Shown here: in pieces, positions 27,713-36,161 of the stretch | Layout of the letters: each line of letters starts with the position of its first letter | How positions within the stretch are numbered: position 1 is the first letter of the stretch | IMG/VR virus record: IMGVR_UViG_3300042566_001492 | Strand: one strand, 5' to 3' | Length of the DNA: 36,229 bases | Source of the DNA: an uncultured virus (IMG/VR IMGVR_UViG_3300042566_001492) | Taxonomy: Duplodnaviria > Heunggongvirae > Uroviricota > Caudoviricetes | Program-made: the position numbers and the translations under genes | Notes under the pieces: model-generated | What the model was told of the DNA's origin: nothing | The model's database searches: none | What the model saw: the letters and a program-made list of their open reading frames with translations, nothing else

Positions 27713-27892
27713 CCACCATTTCTTTTTAAGTACTTTATTTAGTTTTTGTTCTCTTAATGCTTGTGGTGAGTAGTATCTATTATAACAATCATTACATATC
27801 ATAACAATATCTATTTCTCCTGTGGTAGGATCAAATTCTTTACTTGTCATTATTTTACCACATTTATCACAACCACCAGTAAGTACTATCAT
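27704..27892 (-). CDS. Small zinc-ribbon protein with C-terminal tag
   Basis: CDKC...CNDC; LREQKLNKVL. Confidence 0.75.
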   Translation of the reverse strand: MIVLTGGCDKCGKIMTSKEFDPTTGEIDIVMICNDCYNRYYSPQALREQKLNKVLKKKWWLF

Positions 27893-27898
27893 AGTTTA

Positions 27899-28264
27899 TT
27901 ATTTAGTTATAATGAATTCACATATTTCTATTTCTAATCCTTTACGTTGTTGGAACATAAACTCTATTTTGATTGGATGTCTTTTAGTATCGTCATTAAG
28001 TAGTGAACTTCGTGAACTCAGTATATTATGTATAGTAGTATCTCTTACTTCTGATAGTGTAGGACCGTTTATATTTATTTTCCAGTTATGTATTAGATTA
28101 TTCCCATAGATTCGACTTTCTATTTGTTTATCTAAGCTTTCTTTTATTCTATTGATATCTTTATACATTTGTGTATATTCGTAGCAAAAAAACTTAAACG
28201 TATCTTTTATATACTTTGATTGAATATCATAAAGTGATTGGTGTTTATATTCATCTATTAACAT
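27899..28264 (-). CDS. Hypothetical protein
   Basis: 121 aa ORF in a minus-strand operon. Confidence 0.65.
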   Translation of the reverse strand: MLIDEYKHQSLYDIQSKYIKDTFKFFCYEYTQMYKDINRIKESLDKQIESRIYGNNLIHNWKININGPTLSEVRDTTIHNILSSRSSLLNDDTKRHPIKIEFMFQQRKGLEIEICEFIITK

Positions 28265-28526
28265 AGGTAGAATCTAGTGAATGGTCGTGTAGGATAAAAG
28301 GAGGATTGATAGTTACTTTAGTTCCATCGGAGTTATGATAGAATAATGATTCACCGTCAAAGTCAATAGTATCTGTATACCAGATGGCTTCGTGTAGACC
28401 TTTATCTGTATTAACGAATCCGTGGATTTCATATTTCCATTCTTTTTGTTTATTGTTAGAGCAATTAACAGTAAGTAGAGTTGTTGTTAAGAGTAAAAGG
28501 GTTAAGATAGTTGTTTTCATATACAA
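28251..28526 (-). CDS. Putative lipoprotein
   Basis: MKTTILTLLLLTTTLLTVNCS: hydrophobic leader with Cys. Confidence 0.65.
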   Translation of the reverse strand: MYMKTTILTLLLLTTTLLTVNCSNNKQKEWKYEIHGFVNTDKGLHEAIWYTDTIDFDGESLFYHNSDGTKVTINPPFILHDHSLDSTYVNR

Positions 28527-28738
28527 TGGTCTATTATAGGTTGATTATTTTGATTTTTATAGTCTTTTTGGAATATAAGTTGATTATGGTGTTTTATGTC
28601 TACATTTCCTGATTCATTTCTTTTAGTTATGTGATAGTTAGGAATGTTTATAAGCATTTTAGTTCCATCGTCATAGGTTACAGTGACGTTGTTTTGAGTT
28701 ATTTCCAGTTGTTTGATATTATTTAGGGGATATATCAT
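28517..28738 (-). CDS. Hypothetical protein
   Basis: 73 aa ORF in operon. Confidence 0.6.
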   Translation of the reverse strand: MIYPLNNIKQLEITQNNVTVTYDDGTKMLINIPNYHITKRNESGNVDIKHHNQLIFQKDYKNQNNQPIIDHCI

Positions 28739-28752
28739 ACTTATTATATTAT

Positions 28753-29427
28753 TTAGTTATTAAAGAGTTTATCTAGTTTAATTGTTCTTATATCTTCTGT
28801 TATTTGTTTTTTCAGTTTATTTAGTTCGTTATCTTTTATTATGTTAGGATGTTTTATAACATTATCTAGTTTATAGATATAGTGATTTATTCTTTGTTCA
28901 GAGTGTTGGTAAAGAAACCAATCTAGTTTATTTACTGATACGAATTCATTTTGGTTAAGATTTACGTCTTTATATAGTTGTGATAGTTTATCTAATACTA
29001 TTTGGTTATTATTTAATAAAACAATCATATCTACGTTTATATAGATGATATCTTTGTTATTACTTATAATATCATTATAAAGTAATTCGGAGTATATTAG
29101 AGGTATTGGAGTTTTCAGTTTATGGTAAAGAGTATTTACTCTGGTTAACCAGTTTTTGTATAAGGTTTCTGATTGTGATTTTATTAGTTGTTTATTTTCG
29201 AGGAACCATCTAAGATTGTTTTTAGTATCTTCTAGGTTTATTTTTGGTGTGTTGTCGATTAAGTTATTTTCTAGTGCGTTTAGGATGATAGTTGGATAAA
29301 ACTGTTTGATATCGATTAATATTACATCTTGTACGGTTTTTGATTCGTAGTCTAGGTTTATCCAAGTAAATCCAGTAGCGGGTAAATCTTGGTGTAAGGC
29401 TTGTAATATTTGGTCTTTGTAAAGCAT
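28753..29427 (-). CDS. Degenerate family-B DNA polymerase palm-like protein with C-terminal tag
   Basis: DIKQFYPTII (motif A-like), VNTLY (motif B-like), IYINVDMI (motif C-like); ends IRTIKLDKLF. Confidence 0.55.
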   Translation of the reverse strand: MLYKDQILQALHQDLPATGFTWINLDYESKTVQDVILIDIKQFYPTIILNALENNLIDNTPKINLEDTKNNLRWFLENKQLIKSQSETLYKNWLTRVNTLYHKLKTPIPLIYSELLYNDIISNNKDIIYINVDMIVLLNNNQIVLDKLSQLYKDVNLNQNEFVSVNKLDWFLYQHSEQRINHYIYKLDNVIKHPNIIKDNELNKLKKQITEDIRTIKLDKLFNN

Positions 29428-29473
29428 TTCGTGTAAAGATAAGGATAATGTGGTGGGTGGCCAAAATTCCTGG

Positions 29474-29531
29474 TGGAAAAATTTTTAAACTGACGTGCCG
29501 TCGAAAGGGTGTGATGGAAAAATTTTTTAAA
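29474..29531 (+). repeat. Dispersed intergenic repeat B, copies 2 and 3
   Basis: TGGAAAAATTTTTAAACTGACG 29474-29495 and TGGAAAAATTTTTTAAA 29515-29531. Confidence 0.75.
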
Positions 29532-29587
29532 TCTTCGACATCAGAATAAATTAGAATAATTAGATAAGGGTAATAATATATAGTATA

Positions 29588-30127
29588 ATGAGATACATAA
29601 AAACATATGAGGGTTTATTTGATTTCTTGAGAAAGAAAGAAAAGGTTAAGGTTACATTTGATGATATCATGGAATGTTTATATGATTTAACTGATGAGTC
29701 TAGAATTAAAAATGAATTGAATGGTGATAGTTTCGATGGTATATTTGCTTCTCAAGATGTTGTATTTAAGAAAAGACCATCATTGAGTTTAGATGATGAC
29801 TTTGATGCTTTTATGAATGATGAGCTTTTCAGAGATATGAACTTTACGATAAGAAGAAATTCTATTTCTTTTGATTTTGTTTATAACCCAAATGAAATAT
29901 CAGATGAAGAGGTTAATGAATTACTATTAAATTGTAAATCTAAGTTAGTAATATATGGTTGTAAGATATCATTCTTTATTGGTTGGGGTCAAGGAGAAGG
30001 TGGTTATAATGATAAAGAATGGTCAGACTTTATTTCTATGATTGATAAAACAATAAAAAAAACATATTCACCTGAAAGAAGAAGAAACATTACTGTTAAA
30101 ATAGAATCACCTTCTGGGTTTAATTAA
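29588..30127 (+). CDS. N-tagged family protein
   Basis: MRYIKTYEGLF; IMECLYDLTD; TAATATATA 29574-29582. Confidence 0.8.
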   Translation: MRYIKTYEGLFDFLRKKEKVKVTFDDIMECLYDLTDESRIKNELNGDSFDGIFASQDVVFKKRPSLSLDDDFDAFMNDELFRDMNFTIRRNSISFDFVYNPNEISDEEVNELLLNCKSKLVIYGCKISFFIGWGQGEGGYNDKEWSDFISMIDKTIKKTYSPERRRNITVKIESPSGFN

Positions 30128-30351
30128 ACTCCAAGTTTTTTTAATTTCATTTCTCTTAGTTCATCTACACTTAATTCAATATCTTCCCAATTACCGGTAT
30201 CTAGTACTTGAACTTGTTTTTTATAACATCGTTTACACAATCTTTTTGTTAGAGTGATATGAGCTTTGTCGTCTCCTAAAGAAGAGTGTATATGTATTTT
30301 ATCTTGTTTATAAGACCAGTTATGTTTTATTATTTTACAAAGAAATGACAT
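30124..30351 (-). CDS. Small Cys/His zinc-binding protein (DUF1660-like) with C-terminal tag
   Basis: LCKIIKHNW...CKRC; ends LREMKLKKLGV. Confidence 0.75.
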   Translation of the reverse strand: MSFLCKIIKHNWSYKQDKIHIHSSLGDDKAHITLTKRLCKRCYKKQVQVLDTGNWEDIELSVDELREMKLKKLGV

Positions 30352-30406
30352 AAGGGTTATAGTTAGTAATTTGTTTTTGTTACCTACTTATTTAATATAT
30401 AATGTA

Positions 30407-30958
30407 ATGAGATACTTAAAGATATATGAAGAATTTGATGAGATACCTTCTAATTTTATTAGATTAGATAGTATTGGTCATGTTTTAGATCCTAATGAAG
30501 GTCTTATTTATGCTCTTCTTAAAAGAGGTGGATATGACCAAATGAATCCATATGATGTTGATGAACATGAAGTTCAAGGGTTAAGTATTGAAGATATGGA
30601 GGTATTAGATAAGTATTGGTTATCAGTAGATACTTTGGTTAAAGACAAGATTAATTTTGATTTGATAGAAACTACTAAAGAGTTGGCCCTAAATTATTTA
30701 GATGAAGGAGACCGTTTGATTATTTACGCATTTATTTCAGACATTTTAGTTTATACCGAGATATTTAGTCATGATGTAGAGTCGGTTAAGTACCCAAAAT
30801 ACTTTAAGACTAAGTTAGATATTATTAGTAGTAGTGATGATATTAAGTATATAGTTAGATTAGATGATAAGAAATACTATTTTGAATCTGAAAAATCTAA
30901 AGAGTTGAGTTCTTTAGTTAAAGAATATTTTCCAACTGAAAAAGTAGATAGTCGTTGA
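30407..30958 (+). CDS. Hypothetical protein with N-terminal tag
   Basis: MRYLKIYEEF from ATG 30407; TAATATATA 30393-30401. Confidence 0.8.
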   Translation: MRYLKIYEEFDEIPSNFIRLDSIGHVLDPNEGLIYALLKRGGYDQMNPYDVDEHEVQGLSIEDMEVLDKYWLSVDTLVKDKINFDLIETTKELALNYLDEGDRLIIYAFISDILVYTEIFSHDVESVKYPKYFKTKLDIISSSDDIKYIVRLDDKKYYFESEKSKELSSLVKEYFPTEKVDSR

Positions 30959-30963
30959 TAAAA

Positions 30964-31929
30964 TCAACTTAATTCTTTTTTAATCATATCGAATACTTTT
31001 TGATAATCAAATTTGACAATGATTGCTTTTGTACCGATAGATTTTTTAGCCGCTTCTTGTTGCCAACCTCCTTCTTTAAATCCTTTAATATCCTCTTCTT
31101 TAAGTTCTCTGAACTCTGCTTTGTATCCGTATTTACCTAGGTCATAAGATCCGGTATTATTAAAGTTACCAAGTACATATTTAACAGCCTTATCGAACAC
31201 TTCAGAATTTGTATTATAAACTCCTTTAGTTATAGAATTCCAATCAAATGTTTTAATAAATATTCCATTTTTTTGTTGATAAAGACTTTTTCCAAAAAAT
31301 TCTTCTCTAAACTTTTTAGTGTAAAACTTATTACCTGATGAAAATCTATCAAAATTATCAAGAACTTGTTTTGAGATTTTATTTTCAACTTTATCATTGA
31401 GTTCATCATCTAACTTTTTAGTAATAAAATCTCCAGTAACATCAGAACTGGCGACAAGCCAAACAGAATATCCATTATTTTCAATAGTTAAATTATGATA
31501 AGCTTTATCAAAACGAGCACAAAAAGAAGCTATCTCTTCATAGATAGCAAGAAGTCCGTTAACATCACTATCCAAATGATAACTTATATCTCTGCTAGGA
31601 TACCCACCAAGTGAAACCGATTTATATAATTTACCACCTTCTTTCTTTTTAAACAATTTGATTTCATAGATAGCATTCTTTGCCCATTCTATATTAGATT
31701 TATATTCTCGATTATAATAATCACTACTATATCCACCTTTTATCGGATTACCTTTTTCATCTGCTAAATATCTTTTTTGAGATTTCTCGTCTATCTCAAA
31801 TCCGATATCAGTTAAATAAAGTAAAGATTCGTAAATATTATTCCAAGAATACTTGAATCCATCTGGTATAATATCATCTTCATCTTCATCAATATCCTCA
31901 AATATCTTATAAGATCTTAAATATTTCAT
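30964..31929 (-). CDS. N-tagged family protein
   Basis: MKYLRSYKIFED; IYESLLYLTDIGF. Confidence 0.85.
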   Translation of the reverse strand: MKYLRSYKIFEDIDEDEDDIIPDGFKYSWNNIYESLLYLTDIGFEIDEKSQKRYLADEKGNPIKGGYSSDYYNREYKSNIEWAKNAIYEIKLFKKKEGGKLYKSVSLGGYPSRDISYHLDSDVNGLLAIYEEIASFCARFDKAYHNLTIENNGYSVWLVASSDVTGDFITKKLDDELNDKVENKISKQVLDNFDRFSSGNKFYTKKFREEFFGKSLYQQKNGIFIKTFDWNSITKGVYNTNSEVFDKAVKYVLGNFNNTGSYDLGKYGYKAEFRELKEEDIKGFKEGGWQQEAAKKSIGTKAIIVKFDYQKVFDMIKKELS

Positions 31930-31933
31930 ATGT

Positions 31934-31949
31934 TATATATTAATATATA
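31934..31949. promoter_or_regulatory. Palindromic bidirectional TAATATATA element
   Basis: TATATATTAATATATA with a start codon exactly 4 nt away on each side. Confidence 0.75.
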
Positions 31950-31953
31950 CTTT

Positions 31954-32448
31954 ATGAAATTCTTAAAGCCTTGGAACTTATTTGAATCAGTATTTTATTT
32001 AACTAATAAGGAAGATAAGTCTTCCAAAGAGTTATCAAAAGAGTTAGAATGGATTGAAGACTCTACTTTAGACTTAGTGGATTCTGGATGTACCATTAAA
32101 GTAAGAACTTACTATGTCGAAGAAAAATCACTTGGTTTAAATATTACAATTGAAACATACAGGTTAAATCAAATGCTTCCAATTGAAGTAGGTGATAATC
32201 TACTTACAATTGATTCTTATTTAAGAGAATTAGGATTTGTAGGTTATAGTCCGTATGATTATGATAATCCCTACTCATCAAGTCGTTATCAAACTAAAGT
32301 AGACGCTTCACTTGATGATGTTAAAAATAACTTTGAGAGAGAGTTGTCACAGTTTGTTCAAATGTTATCTAGGTTTACAGTTAAAGCTCCATTTGATACG
32401 GTCAGAGTGTCTTATTTTAGACCTGACGTAATTGAAACTGATAATTAA
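31954..32448 (+). CDS. N-tagged family protein
   Basis: MKFLKPWNLFES from ATG 31954; IEDSTLDLVDSG; IDSYLRELGF. Confidence 0.85.
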   Translation: MKFLKPWNLFESVFYLTNKEDKSSKELSKELEWIEDSTLDLVDSGCTIKVRTYYVEEKSLGLNITIETYRLNQMLPIEVGDNLLTIDSYLRELGFVGYSPYDYDNPYSSSRYQTKVDASLDDVKNNFERELSQFVQMLSRFTVKAPFDTVRVSYFRPDVIETDN

Positions 32449-32458
32449 TATATACAAA

Positions 32459-32551
32459 ATGAAGTGGATTAAATTATATGAACTTTATAATTATGAACTT
32501 AGTCAGAAGTTATCAGAAATATATAAAAGTGAACTTATAATTAAACCATGA
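32459..32551 (+). CDS. 30-aa peptide consisting mostly of the N-terminal tag
   Basis: MKWIKLYELYNYELSQKLSEIYKSELIIKP*; TAATATATA 32446-32454; ATGA-coupled to next gene. Confidence 0.6.
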   Translation: MKWIKLYELYNYELSQKLSEIYKSELIIKP

Positions 32552-32961
32552 AACATTTAAGAAAATTTAATGAGTCTTCTGTTGAAGATATTAAAAGTAA
32601 TTTAGAGGATATCTTATCTGATTTTTCTGATAATTATATTCCTGTTGAGATTAGACATACTACGGTTACAAAAACAATGGCTTTTTCAATTGCTTTAGGT
32701 GATGAGTATGCTGAGACTTCCAGCAAGCGTCTTCATATGATTAGTATTGTTCCTAAAGATAATAAAGATGAGTTTCTAAGATTATATGATTATATGGAAT
32801 CAGAAGGTTATGACTTTTCGTCAATGTCTTATGACTTTGCTGGAGATATCGTTATATTAAAAATAGAACAAATTGGATTAGGTATAGACTCTTTCTCTAA
32901 TCAGTTATTCAATGGTATAGACGAAACTTGCTACTTAAAATTATTCTTTAGAAAAAAATAA
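32548..32961 (+). CDS. N-tagged family protein
   Basis: MKHLRKFNES; LEDILSDFSD; RLYDYMESEGY. Confidence 0.85.
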   Translation: MKHLRKFNESSVEDIKSNLEDILSDFSDNYIPVEIRHTTVTKTMAFSIALGDEYAETSSKRLHMISIVPKDNKDEFLRLYDYMESEGYDFSSMSYDFAGDIVILKIEQIGLGIDSFSNQLFNGIDETCYLKLFFRKK

Positions 32962-32982
32962 AATTAAAAAAATATATACTGA

Positions 32983-33729
32983 GTGAAATACTTAAAAACA
33001 TATAAAATATTCGAGTCTTGGATTGATGATCCTAAGTTCTTTAGATTTAGTAGAGAAAAGATGGATGAAGGTGAATTTACACCAGGTAAAAGAACAATGT
33101 GGGGACCTGATAATTTCAATGATTGTTTAATTAAATTTGGATTTCCTGATAAAAAACAATGTATTCATTTTATGGATTCCGTTGCTTTCAATCCTGAATA
33201 TAAAGGATCTTATGGTAGTTATACTTATCAAATAACGGTTGATAATAACTCAAGTTTAGGTTGGTCATTTATTGTTCCAATCAATGAGTGGTTTTATAAA
33301 GGAAGTCCACTTCAGTATGCTTTAAGAAATGGTAATGAAGTTGTTAAATCAATAATGGAAACTCCTTATAAAGATTTAGGTCCTTATGATGAAAAATTAG
33401 ATGAGATAACTAAATACTTATTTGATTTTGATGTTATTGGAACTGGAACTATTGAAGACTTGAAGAAGTCACCACATTATGGTAAAGAAAGTTTATTTGT
33501 TTGGACTTCTGATAAAGTTATTATTACAAACTATGAGATTAAAAAAGAACCAAAGGTAGGTACTTATAAAAATGAAAGAGTTTTAACTTCTAACGACTTC
33601 ATAGAAAGAGGAGTTTCACCTCAAAACATTGGAAAATTCTATCAATCAGAATTAGGTAAATCGGTTAAAAATCTTTCAAGAGAAGAAGCTCTTGAAGTCT
33701 TAGATAAATGGATATTGACTCAACAATAA
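32983..33729 (+). CDS. Hypothetical protein with N-terminal tag
   Basis: GTG start, MKYLKTYKIFES; AAATATATA upstream. Confidence 0.85.
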   Translation: MKYLKTYKIFESWIDDPKFFRFSREKMDEGEFTPGKRTMWGPDNFNDCLIKFGFPDKKQCIHFMDSVAFNPEYKGSYGSYTYQITVDNNSSLGWSFIVPINEWFYKGSPLQYALRNGNEVVKSIMETPYKDLGPYDEKLDEITKYLFDFDVIGTGTIEDLKKSPHYGKESLFVWTSDKVIITNYEIKKEPKVGTYKNERVLTSNDFIERGVSPQNIGKFYQSELGKSVKNLSREEALEVLDKWILTQQ

Positions 33730-33736
33730 CAAGCAT

Positions 33737-33766
33737 AAAAAAAGGGTGACAAAATCACCCTTTTTT
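33737..33766. terminator. Bidirectional intrinsic terminator
   Basis: A-run GGGTGA-caaaa-TCACCC T-run between convergent genes. Confidence 0.85.
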
Positions 33767-33789
33767 ATTTTTACTTAATTTTATTAAAA

Positions 33790-34350
33790 TTAGATATTTA
33801 GACTTTCAATGATTCTGTTAAAAACAGAAGAAGTTCTTAAACTTTCTCTTGATAATGATGGAGCGGTTGTTTTTGCCATTTCTTCTTCACCCTCAACACC
33901 TGGGATAGGATCATTTCCTTTACCATAGAATGGATTTTCTTGACCTCTAGCTATAGCTTGTCCTGCAACTTTAGCATTAAATCCAATCGTGTTAGAATCA
34001 ATTCCTAAATCTACTGCAAAAACTGAAAGTACTTCAGTTAATAACTGAAACTGGTCAACATTAAATCCTTTACATAATCTATTATAAATGTCTCTAACTT
34101 CAGGAGCTGTTGTCGGAAATAAATTTACTCCGGTTTCTTCTTTGTAACGTTTTAAGGTTGGAAGTCCGTCAGCACTTGAATAAAACGCTGCTATAGTTAA
34201 TAACAATAGACTTAGTAAGTCCTTTTTATTGCTGTCTAAAGTTTTAGATAATTCCAATAAAGCTTGGTTTCTACCTTCTTTAGTTATTTTTTTAGGTACG
34301 AATTCTTCATTAACAGAGTTAAACTTCGTAAAACTTTTTATTGATTTCAT
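33790..34350 (-). CDS. Hypothetical protein with N-terminal tag
   Basis: MKSIKSFTKFNSVNEE from ATG 34350 (alternative start 34359). Confidence 0.8.
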   Translation of the reverse strand: MKSIKSFTKFNSVNEEFVPKKITKEGRNQALLELSKTLDSNKKDLLSLLLLTIAAFYSSADGLPTLKRYKEETGVNLFPTTAPEVRDIYNRLCKGFNVDQFQLLTEVLSVFAVDLGIDSNTIGFNAKVAGQAIARGQENPFYGKGNDPIPGVEGEEEMAKTTAPSLSRESLRTSSVFNRIIESLNI

Positions 34351-34448
34351 AAATATCATTTTATTTTTATTATATATTTATTTTAGAAATTAAAAAAATG
34401 ACTTTTTTATAAAATTTTCTTAGTTTATATTAATTAATATATATGGTT

Positions 34449-34844
34449 ATGAAATATCTAAAATCATATAATTTATTTGAGTCTAAGACTGATGTTATGT
34501 ATGAAATATATGACGCTGATGAACTAGACAGAATTGACCTCATCATCGATGATATCAAAGATATGGTTTTAGAGTTAGGTGATATTGGTTTATACACAAC
34601 GGTTGGTTATACACCAATGACTTTAGTGGGAAGAGAAAAGACACCTAAGATAATGGTTGAGATTCAAGGTGATTCATTACTATGTTCATACAATGAAGAT
34701 GATATTTATTCAGCTTTTGAAAGGATTAAAGAATATACCAGTTCAAAAGGTTATGTTACTGGATTCGGCAATTGGGAAAGAGAAACTAGAGACTCAAACG
34801 GAAGAAAAAATATTTCAGTTTATCAAATGTTAATACAAAAATGA
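34449..34844 (+). CDS. N-tagged family protein
   Basis: MKYLKSYNLFES; IKDMVLELGDIG; TAATATATA 34435-34443. Confidence 0.85.
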   Translation: MKYLKSYNLFESKTDVMYEIYDADELDRIDLIIDDIKDMVLELGDIGLYTTVGYTPMTLVGREKTPKIMVEIQGDSLLCSYNEDDIYSAFERIKEYTSSKGYVTGFGNWERETRDSNGRKNISVYQMLIQK

Positions 34845-35695
34845 GATACTTAAAATCATACAAACTATTTGAGAGTCATTCAGATATCATTGATCAATGT
34901 GATGATATACTCATTGAGCTAAGAGATGATGGATTTAAGACTAAAATTTCATCACCAGCAGACTGGATAGTTGAAGTATATGTATCGAAGCCTGATTTTG
35001 TCTGGAGTGACGTTAAAGACACACTTTTGAGATTAAAATACTTTATGGAATCTAATGGTTATATTTTATCTGGTGAACTCGGTCGATGTGAAAGTCATTC
35101 AATATATGATCCTATGACATTTGATGTTATCACAACTAAATCAACTACATTAAAATTTCATAAGAATGATGCGGTTTCAGAATCTGTTGAAGTTGATAAT
35201 AGTAAAGATATTATTACAGAATGTTTTTTACCAGTATCAGATATTGTTAATGTAAGTATTGGTGAGTTTAAGAATATGATTTCAGTTAATGTCAACTTAG
35301 ATAGCAGAGTTAGTGGAGAATTAAAAGAGTCAAAGTGGGGTGTTGAGTATAAGCCAGTAATTGATGGCGAGTATATAAGTGAAGAAATATCTTCAGCTAT
35401 CAATCATTGTTTAGGTGAAGATTTTGTTCTTTACAGAGCTGAAGTCAAATGGAAAAACGCTGGTGAGTGGTCTGAGATGAATCCTGACAAAAGTGGAATC
35501 GGACCTGGATTTCTAGAAGCTTATTTTACACAAAGAGGATTTATACAAAAAAGTTGGGAAATGAATAGAAGGCAGATAGTTCGTAATGTTAAGTCTTCTA
35601 ATTGGACTAATATTAAACACGATACTAGTTTAGTTCCTGAATTTATTTTGTCAAGAGGTGATATGCTGCGTTCTATCAAACTATACTTTCAATAA
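34841..35695 (+). CDS. N-tagged protein with two family domains
   Basis: MRYLKSYKLFES; DDILIELRDDGF and ITECFLPVSD. Confidence 0.85.
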   Translation: MRYLKSYKLFESHSDIIDQCDDILIELRDDGFKTKISSPADWIVEVYVSKPDFVWSDVKDTLLRLKYFMESNGYILSGELGRCESHSIYDPMTFDVITTKSTTLKFHKNDAVSESVEVDNSKDIITECFLPVSDIVNVSIGEFKNMISVNVNLDSRVSGELKESKWGVEYKPVIDGEYISEEISSAINHCLGEDFVLYRAEVKWKNAGEWSEMNPDKSGIGPGFLEAYFTQRGFIQKSWEMNRRQIVRNVKSSNWTNIKHDTSLVPEFILSRGDMLRSIKLYFQ

Positions 35696-35717
35696 TCCTA
35701 ATTTAATATATAATCAA

Positions 35718-36161
35718 ATGAAACGATTAAAGACATATAAATCATTTGATAGAGTTGATGAGGGTTGGAAGGAAAATATCTTAGCCGCTATTACATTAGC
35801 ATCAAATGTTGCTTACTCACAACCTAAATTTGACACAAGTTTTCAAGTCACTCCTAAGACTGAGTTAGTTGAACCAGAACCAGTTGATGATAAAAGACAA
35901 TTCTATTCTGCTTGTTTTCAATTGTGTGAAGAATTAAAGAATCCTCAATTAACATTTGAGCAAAGAAAAGGTTTAGTTGAGGCTCAACTTTACTTTCAAT
36001 CAAAAAGAGATGGCCAAAAACCTCAGAAGTTATCTGATTATGGAAAAGCAGCCGTTAAGTCAGTAATGAATACTATTATGAATTTAGATATTGATGAAGT
36101 TGCTAGACTTTCTGAACTGGGTCAAACTGGAAAACTAACTGCTGAGATATTAGGAAAATGA
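35718..36161 (+). CDS. N-tagged protein with internal signal-peptide-like segment
   Basis: MKRLKTYKSFDRVDEG then ILAAITLASNVAYSQP; TAATATATA 35704-35712. Confidence 0.8.
   Translation: MKRLKTYKSFDRVDEGWKENILAAITLASNVAYSQPKFDTSFQVTPKTELVEPEPVDDKRQFYSACFQLCEELKNPQLTFEQRKGLVEAQLYFQSKRDGQKPQKLSDYGKAAVKSVMNTIMNLDIDEVARLSELGQTGKLTAEILGK

Noticed and set aside
1580..35403. Antisense or nested ORFs in the track (1580, 4837, 5880, 6905, 11889, 12772, 13458, 21655, 23025, 27822, 29264, 35158)
   Set aside because: They overlap better-supported genes or the tRNA-like gene and lack tags, motifs or promoters
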